Shown one piece after another: positions 56,300 to 64,000 of a stretch of 64,000 nucleotides of DNA. Position numbers and translations under genes: made by a program. Numbering within the stretch: the stretch's first letter is position 1; every line of letters begins with the position of its first letter. The notes beneath the pieces were generated by a model. The model saw nothing but the letters and a program-made list of their open reading frames with translations, was not told the origin of the DNA and did no database searches. Origin of the DNA: the human T2T-CHM13v2.0 reference genome, Homo sapiens; NCBI RefSeq assembly GCF_009914755.1, contig NC_060930.1, one strand, 5' to 3'.

Positions 56300-57910
56300 T
56301 AGTGTCTCCAAACTATTCTTTTGAAGACATCATTTACCTTCTTGTTGACACTTTCCTTAATTGTTATTAATATATATTCTCTTCTTGTAGTTCTCATTTC
56401 TTTTGTCTTTGAAAACACTGTGACCTTCACGATATCTGCTTCATCTCTTTCCCATCACATAACATGCATTTATCCGTGAGTTTGTATTTTATCTTTTTTT
56501 TCACTTTTCTACACTAGGGTTTCTTTGATGGTCTCATTCAGTCTCATAACTTCAGTTACCATTGTAGCTCCTCAACTACCAATTAGCTCATCCAGGAAAA
56601 TAGTCTAAACTTCTTAATCTAACATGACATTTTGATGCCTAGTATTTTGAACATACAGCTTGATGGCTATCTAGTTTAGTTCCTCAAATTCAATATAACT
56701 AAACCTGAGTTAATCTTGTCTTCCAACTAGTTTCTCTTCCTGTACTCCCGTCTTCTATTAGTGGCATACTAATTCTACCAGGAACCGTATATGAAATTTC
56801 AGAATGACTCTCTCTCTCTCTCCCAGATGCATTCACTTTTTAAGTCCTACTGCATCTTGCTCCCACACATGATCTCAATACTCTTTTCTAAATCAAGCCA
56901 TCATTACCTCCAACATGAATACCCCAAATGCTTCCATCCTTTCCTCATTTCCACTTCATACTCACCCTTAAACAAGACTCAGTCTTTGGCTTCTCAGAAT
57001 TCCAAGACTTCATACATGGTTGTATTCTTCTATCACTTGATCTCACAGTCTCTGCAACTCTCTCTTTATATATATAATATATACCAATATAATTTAATAT
57101 GTATACATGTGTTTAACATTATACATTATATATAATTACTTGTTCATGTAAATTGATTAATATATTTTATTTTTATGATTTGTTTATTTAATGAATTTTC
57201 CCTTAAGGGGAATAGCTCATTGATTCTCTGTATTCCCCTCCAACACAAAAAAACATCACATTTTGTACAGAAGGCATGACATTTGTTGATTAGGCCACAT
57301 GTTGAAAAGTGAGTTTCGAATTGATTTCCTGTTTATGGTATATCTATCTTTAATCCCTTCTATCACTGTTTCTAAATTAATTCTCATAAGTCTCAGCTCA
57401 AAACATGGCACTTACCTGTTCTAAGTCATCAATGATTATATTTTTTCTATAGAAAAAAGTTCAAATCTAGCATGAAACTTAAGCCATTGATGACCTTGCC
57501 CTAGTCTTCCTTTTCAAATTTATCTTCCAATATTTACCCTCTCATGCTCTGCAAGCCATTTAGAATACAGTACTTACTGTTTTCCATGCAAGTGTCATAT
57601 ACAAGTGTTCACATATACAAGTGTCACTGCCCTTCCCAGTTCTGCTGCTGCATCTAAATGCCCTTCTCCACATCTCAAGGAAAGGGGAGGTTTACACTGG
57701 CTAAGATCCTGGGCTTCAGTTTCTAAAAGGTATAGACTTGCACACTAGACCTAGCATTTTTATCAGCCAAGTGATCTTGGCCTCCTAAGTTTTGGTTTGC
57801 TCATCCATCAAATGAGCATAATAATAATAGACCTCCTCAGGAAACCATTGCAAAGATTTAAAAAGATCCACATACAGTAGTTGACACAGGACTCAGCCTA
57901 TATGTTCAGG
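56300..57910 (+). mobile_element. L2 fragments and a MIR (~57700-57910)
   Basis: ctcattcagtctcataacttcagttacc and ctcaaattcaatata (L2); gctcatccatcaaatgagcataataatag (MIR). Confidence 0.5.
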
Positions 57911-58427
57911 AAACATAAAGGAGTATTAAATATTATGGTTAGTCTTTCTAAAATTACCCCAAATGTGGTAGAGACTGCCCTTTGCCTGCTTCCACACCCA
58001 TTCTGCTGGTGACCTAGAGGTCAACTCGCTGCTGCCACCACGAGTACTGCCACAACTGTTTCTCACAGCCAAAACACTAGTTAGGAAAACTGAACCCTGG
58101 CATTCTGAATGGATAGAAACCACTCACATCTCAGCCAGCCAATCTGCCACCATCAACAGCAGCAGGAACATGTCTTTCATTTCATATTCACCTGCAGATT
58201 TTCACATGTGTTTGTAGCCGAGCCAAATCTGCATCCTGAACACACACTGTAAGAGGATCCAGGAAATGCCTTTAGCTCCTTGATCCCTCCAACTTGAAGA
58301 AGGATAAAACCAAGTTTGGGAAGGCCAATCCATAATATCCATTACAAAATTCATTGAGATGCCACTGCTTCAAGTTGTTCCTGAATTTTTCCTAGCTGAA
58401 AGTAATTGTCCTTCCTCCTTCTTTAAG

Positions 58428-58590
58428 GGGGTGGCTTTCAACCCACACTGGACATTAGAACTACTTGAGAACTGAAAAATACTTATTTTTAGTGCACTCC
58501 CAAAAAGTCTAATTTATTTGGTTTGAGGCAGGGGTGCACCTTGGATATTTTTTAAATTCTAATGTGTACCCAATGTTTAGAACTACTGCT
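58428..58590. mobile_element. MER5-type hAT-Charlie MITE
   Basis: gtggctttcaacc...cattagaa...ttctaatgtg...tttagaactactg quasi-palindromic ends. Confidence 0.6.
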
Positions 58591-59071
58591 CTAAAACTTA
58601 TAACCTTTCATTTATTCTCATCACTTTCTAACTTTTGTTTAGTGATTTATGAAATATCCTTACTCTTCCTGCTAGATCATAAGCTCTCTGCAGACAGTGT
58701 GTCTATTTTTATATCCTTTACAACTTGTAGCAAATTACTTTGCAAATGACATGTATTTTACATGTTTTTCAAACGCATTAATAAATAGATGGTGTGTGAT
58801 GCCTTGCAAACAATAGTATATTAAAGATACCAGGGATGGCACCTAGTCCTTGCCTCTCTCCCACATGAAATGTTCTCAACTACACTTCTTGTGAGTCTAT
58901 TCATTCTGCATAGCATAGTAAAAATGTTAAGAATGTTAAGTGGATATATTACTCATAGCATTAGGCTTTTCATCAATAACTCACTATAAAATACAAAAAT
59001 AGCTATTTAAAAAATAGCACCTAAGAAATAACATTCTCAGCTACAGAAACTATTACCAGTGAACTTACATC

Positions 59072-59371
59072 TTTTTTTTTTTTTTTTTTTTGAGATGGAG
59101 TCTCACTCTTGTTCCCCAGACTAGAGTGCAATGGTGCGATCTAGGCTCGCTGCAACCTTCACCTCCTGGGTTCAAGTGATTCTCCTGCCTCAGCCTCCCT
59201 CGTAGCTGAAATTACAGGCATGCACCACCACACCCAGCTAATTTTATATTTTTAGTAGAGCAGGGGTTTCTCCATGTTGGTCAGGCTGCTCTCAAACTCA
59301 CGACGTCAGGTGATCTGCCCACCTCGGCCTCCCAAAGTGCTGGGATTACGGGCGTGAGCCACAGCACAGCC
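59072..59371 (-). mobile_element. AluS element (AluSq/Sp-like)
   Basis: TSD AACTTACATCTTTTT at 59062-59076 and 59373-59387. Confidence 0.93.
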
Positions 59372-60932
59372 AAACTTACATCTTTTTAGGGAGAAATCTA
59401 AAATTTAAAGGAGCAAACTAGAAAAACAAAGCCAAGTCTATTCACGCCATTGAATTTCTGAACTACTCATCTGTCTTCTACTCATTGTCTTCATTATGTT
59501 CTTTGATATATCAGTGCACCTCTAAATAAACCTTCTAAAATCCCAATATGCAAAGATAAAAATTCCGGGCTTAAATGTTGTGTTAGTTGCTGAATAACTT
59601 TGAAAGAAGTTTGACAAGAATGTCTAAGTGATATATTGCAAGTGAATGACTAGCACTGCTGAGTTCACACCTAGAAAAGTTGAATGCTAACCAATTGGGG
59701 TACATGTTTATATTAATAGTTCTTACAGCTCATAAATAAGAACAGCTTTGCTCAAGAATTTTTAATCTTTGAAAGCAAAAATTTTCCAATATCTTTGAAA
59801 ATTAGCCCTCAGGTGCGGATTCCTGAGACAAAAATCACATAGTCCTCATCCTCTTTCCTACAGCTCTACCTGTTAGGGAATGGTTAAAACAAGCTATTTG
59901 GCTTGCTCTTCTGGACACAGAGTTATTCCCTGAGAATTTTAATCTATTAATGTTAGTGACAAAGAGGAGGAAAAAGTAAAGAATAATGTTTAGAAAATTG
60001 TAAGATAGTAAAAAGTGGTCAGATTGGAAAAATTCATACTCTTACCTTCTGCCTGCTCCATCCCAGTTAGAACTACTTGCATTCAAAGTTCAAATCAAAA
60101 GCTTGTTACTCAATTCTGTTTTGTAAAAGCAACATCAGGGAGTTGGGTAGGGTGAGAACAGAAAAAGCTTTAAAGTTAAAAAGCTTAAAAGTTTCAAGAT
60201 CCTTCTTCATCCTTAATGTACCCAGGTGAAAATTTATTCTCACGACTCAACATTTCCCATCTTCAAATGAGCTCCTATGCCATTCTCTCACTTCTCTTTT
60301 CCCTTCCTCAATAAACAGTTTGATCTTTCCTTCCTTGTTTCTTTCTTTCCTTGCTTCTTTTCTTCATTCCTTTATTCCAACCTTCCTTCCTTCCTAACAG
60401 ATTTCCAACAGCTTAACTTCCTTAAGATCTTCCTAGGAAGGTCTCTCCTCACTCTCCTTTCTATTATAATAGTTCTCTAAGAATTCTATATGGTTCTAAT
60501 AGAGTGTGTATCATTTATATAGTTATAATACCTCTATTTTTAAGAAACACTATTTGGATGTATTCAAAGATCAATAGTTAAATGATAGACTTCATGAAAA
60601 TGAGGAATGAATTTCTTAGTGTATTTTTTCTAACCAAGAAGAAGAGGATAAACATTCAGTTTGCTCACTTACCTCAAATTACATTAACTATTACTAAGAT
60701 ACGAGCTATAAGATAATCCAGACTCCTTGAGTGGGCAGGGAGTTCAAATCACTAAGTAAATATTCAAGAAATGTTGACCTGAACCAAATGCTTCCTCCCA
60801 CTGTATAGTCCTACAAGTATAAAATCACAAGGTTTTGAGATATTAGACTGATTCTGTTCTCACCCTACCCAACTCCCTGATGTTGCTTTTACAAAACAGA
60901 ATTGAATAAGAAGTGAATTTCTTCTTTCCAGA

Positions 60933-61235
<303 letters not shown>

Positions 61236-62246
61236 TTAAGAAATATGGTCTATATTGTAAGGCATTTTCTGTGGATCCAGGCCTGTTATGTAATTAGGAC
61301 TGGGGTGGGAGAAGGACCGTCTTGTCTTATATTTAGACTTCTGATCTGATCACTAAATAAGTTACAGGTATTTTGATGTTGTCATGTTTAAAGTGTCATT
61401 TAAAATAAACAATTGAAATATTATCAATTTGGTAATCCCTTTTGTGGTTTTATATGTTTTATATATTCATTTTATAATACACTAAAAGCCTCACAAAATG
61501 GCAGTAGACTGCAGTTCCTAACCCCTGAGGGGCCGTGTTTCATGATGCTATTATACACATCTAAAACTAAAATAAATATTAATGAAAACGACGTTTTCCA
61601 TATTAAGTGAAGAGAGTTAAAGGTACATATTTTATTTCTATAAAGTGACAAACACTTGATCGCTGTAAATGTGAATACAACTTTTATTTTTAAACCTTTC
61701 AAGGGAATTAGATCTATTTTCCTGCTGTTTCCAAGCCTTCGGTAACCCTCTGAGTGTGTTTGTATTCACTAGGAAGGAACATTTCTGTGGAATTAATCAA
61801 ATGGAGAATTCAATGTTCCTTTTAGATAATTTTGGCCATGTTCCATTGCGAACTTTCTAGTCTGCATTTCATCTCTTTCCTGGGAAAAGACCCACATATT
61901 CCAAATCCTCTGCCTTTTCTCTACTTGTTAGTGAAGAACAATATAGCAAAACTGCTATGTACAGAATTAATAATCATGTGCATTCAGCAAGGCTCTCTGC
62001 TGGGAATTTCATCACTAGAATAAGGCAAAACGCATGAGAATAAGAGTTCAAATGTAGTCAGTACAAACTAGTATCAAAAACTCTGTTGTATTATCGTTAA
62101 TTGCTCCTCTGATTTTGCTAAAATTAAAAGAAAAATTATGTGGGGGGAGAATTAGAAAATATTCAAAGCTCCTAATATATTCCAGTAAACCCTGAGATGA
62201 CAAATCTCATTTTCCAAGGAAAAGCAGTGCTAATTTTTTTTTGTAA

Positions 62247-62592
<346 letters not shown>

Positions 62593-63485
62593 TAGCTATT
62601 TTATCCATAGCTATAATGGAATAGCTGCTGCTATTATTTATGCTCTATACATGTTACTTTGGCCCTAAAGCCTGAAGGAACCCATTGTTGTTTTCTACCA
62701 CTGATGATTTTATCTGCACTTCTGCATCTGGGCAATTGTTCACAATAGTCACAAAGACCTAGCACTTGGTCTGAGAATCCTACCTGCTGAGGAGTTTTAT
62801 TTGGCCAGTTTGGTAAAGGACATTTAAATGAAGATATCTAAAGCTAGCAGAAAACAGAGATTTTGGAGTCATCAGCACATTTGGGATGGTGGAAGCCACA
62901 GCCAAGGAGGGGATGTAGTACACGAAGACCTCAGGGTAAATGTGCAGAGCCCTTATTAGGTATTCAGTAAAGACTTGAGGAGTAAAAGAATGAACTAGAA
63001 AATGACAATGTACTGATTATTAATTTATATTTGAGTAAAAAAGACTGTTATTTCCATCAAAATCTGCCTCTAGAATTTTCCAGCAAGAAAGTAAGTGATG
63101 ATAGTTATTAAAAGCCCTAGCAACAGTTTATATCCTTGAGGTAAAACCATCCTGTTTCAACAGATACCATATTCTCATTGAATTCCACATTAGCTTATGA
63201 TAAACACAAGATGTTTTTCATAATCTAGATGCAGGTTTTATGCATTTTTTTTTAGCAAAACATACAGGGAACTGCCAAGATGGGAGAGTAATCTTTCCTA
63301 AATCACTCCAAATGTCACCATGACTATAAGCATACTTTCCTAAATTGGGGGATTTTTGCTTAAGAAAATATAAGTTCATTCAAATGCTTCACTCACATTA
63401 TATTAAGGTTTCATCATTTATCCTATAAACAAAATTCTGCTTTTATATACATTAATCACTTTGTCATTCATAGGATCAAACCAAA

Positions 63486-63644
63486 ATGACAACTGCTCAC
63501 TTTTACTGTCAATACTGCACAGCATCACTTCTTGGGAAGAAATATGTACTAAAGGATGACAGTCCATACTGTGTTACATGTTATGATCGTGTATTTTCTA
63601 ACTATTGCGAGGAATGCAAAAAACCAATTGAATCTGATTCTAAG
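63486..63644 (+). CDS. FHL5: FHL5 (ACT, four-and-a-half LIM domains 5) first coding exon: half-LIM zinc finger and start of LIM1
   Basis: MTTAHFYCQYCTASLLGKKYVLKDDSPYCVTCYDRVFSNYCEECKKPIESDSK with CxxC motifs typical of FHL proteins. The exon starts at 63474 (cattcatag acceptor) and ends at AAG|gtaagt; 53 codons. Confidence 0.96.
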
Positions 63645-63829
63645 GTAAGTCTCACCTCAATTTACAGAATTACTGCCTATGAACAGCAAACAAGTGGGTT
63701 GGAGTGCCTCTTTTCATTTAGTGTTGACTTTCAACACTATTTCTCTGCTACTGGATATATAAGGATCTTAAAAGTTACCAGCAGTCAAGCTCCAGCCACT
63801 ACACTTAGCACTATGAAATACAACATATG

Positions 63830-63915
63830 CTTAATCCTCACATGATCTTCTAAGGTAGCTGAGAATGCTAAAGATTAAAGGGGTTAAGCTATTTGTCCAA
63901 AGTTACACAGCTAGA
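63830..63915 (-). mobile_element. MIR fragment
   Basis: ttaatcctcaca...ggggttaagctatttgtccaaagttacacagctag. Confidence 0.6.
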
Positions 63916-64000
63916 ATTTTCCTGCTGTTTCCAAGCTCTCAGTAACCTTCTGGGTGTGTTTGTTATTTCTGGAATGACAAGGGTATAAATAAATGCATAA

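Noticed and set aside
62951-63348. Two exact CArG boxes (62951-62960, 63339-63348) near the FHL5 coding exon; others at 259 and 53800
   Set aside because: Roughly 4-5 CC(A/T)6GG matches are expected by chance in 64 kb of this composition and I counted about six, so there is no enrichment without ChIP support.

Overview
Human (primate) genomic DNA, AT-rich and dense in transposable elements. It is recognisable as the UFL1-FHL5 locus on 6q16. The first ~15.3 kb holds the last nine coding exons of UFL1 (E3 UFM1-protein ligase 1) and its 3' UTR on the + strand. These exons splice in frame to 408 aa ending ...SRKSSVTEE*, but only if one intron uses a non-canonical GC-AG boundary. A full-length THE1 (MaLR) element follows. 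Probable non-coding first exon(s) of FHL5 lie at ~22.4-23.25 kb, then a ~40 kb intron carrying L1, Alu, L2, MIR, MER11, HSMAR2, MER58 and MER5 elements. The first FHL5 coding exon is at 63474-63644. Nearly all other ORFs in the track are TE-derived or spurious. I found no convincing new multi-gene system. The most unusual signals are local: a perfect 54-bp inverted copy with a duplicated junction (60110-60905), a perfect 25-bp hairpin (48581-48639), an overlapping double hairpin (12948-12985), the UFL1 GC donor next to a possible truncating isoform, and a uORF-rich FHL5 leader that a 22-nt microexon could bypass. TE subfamily calls and the boundaries of old repeats are by eye and approximate.
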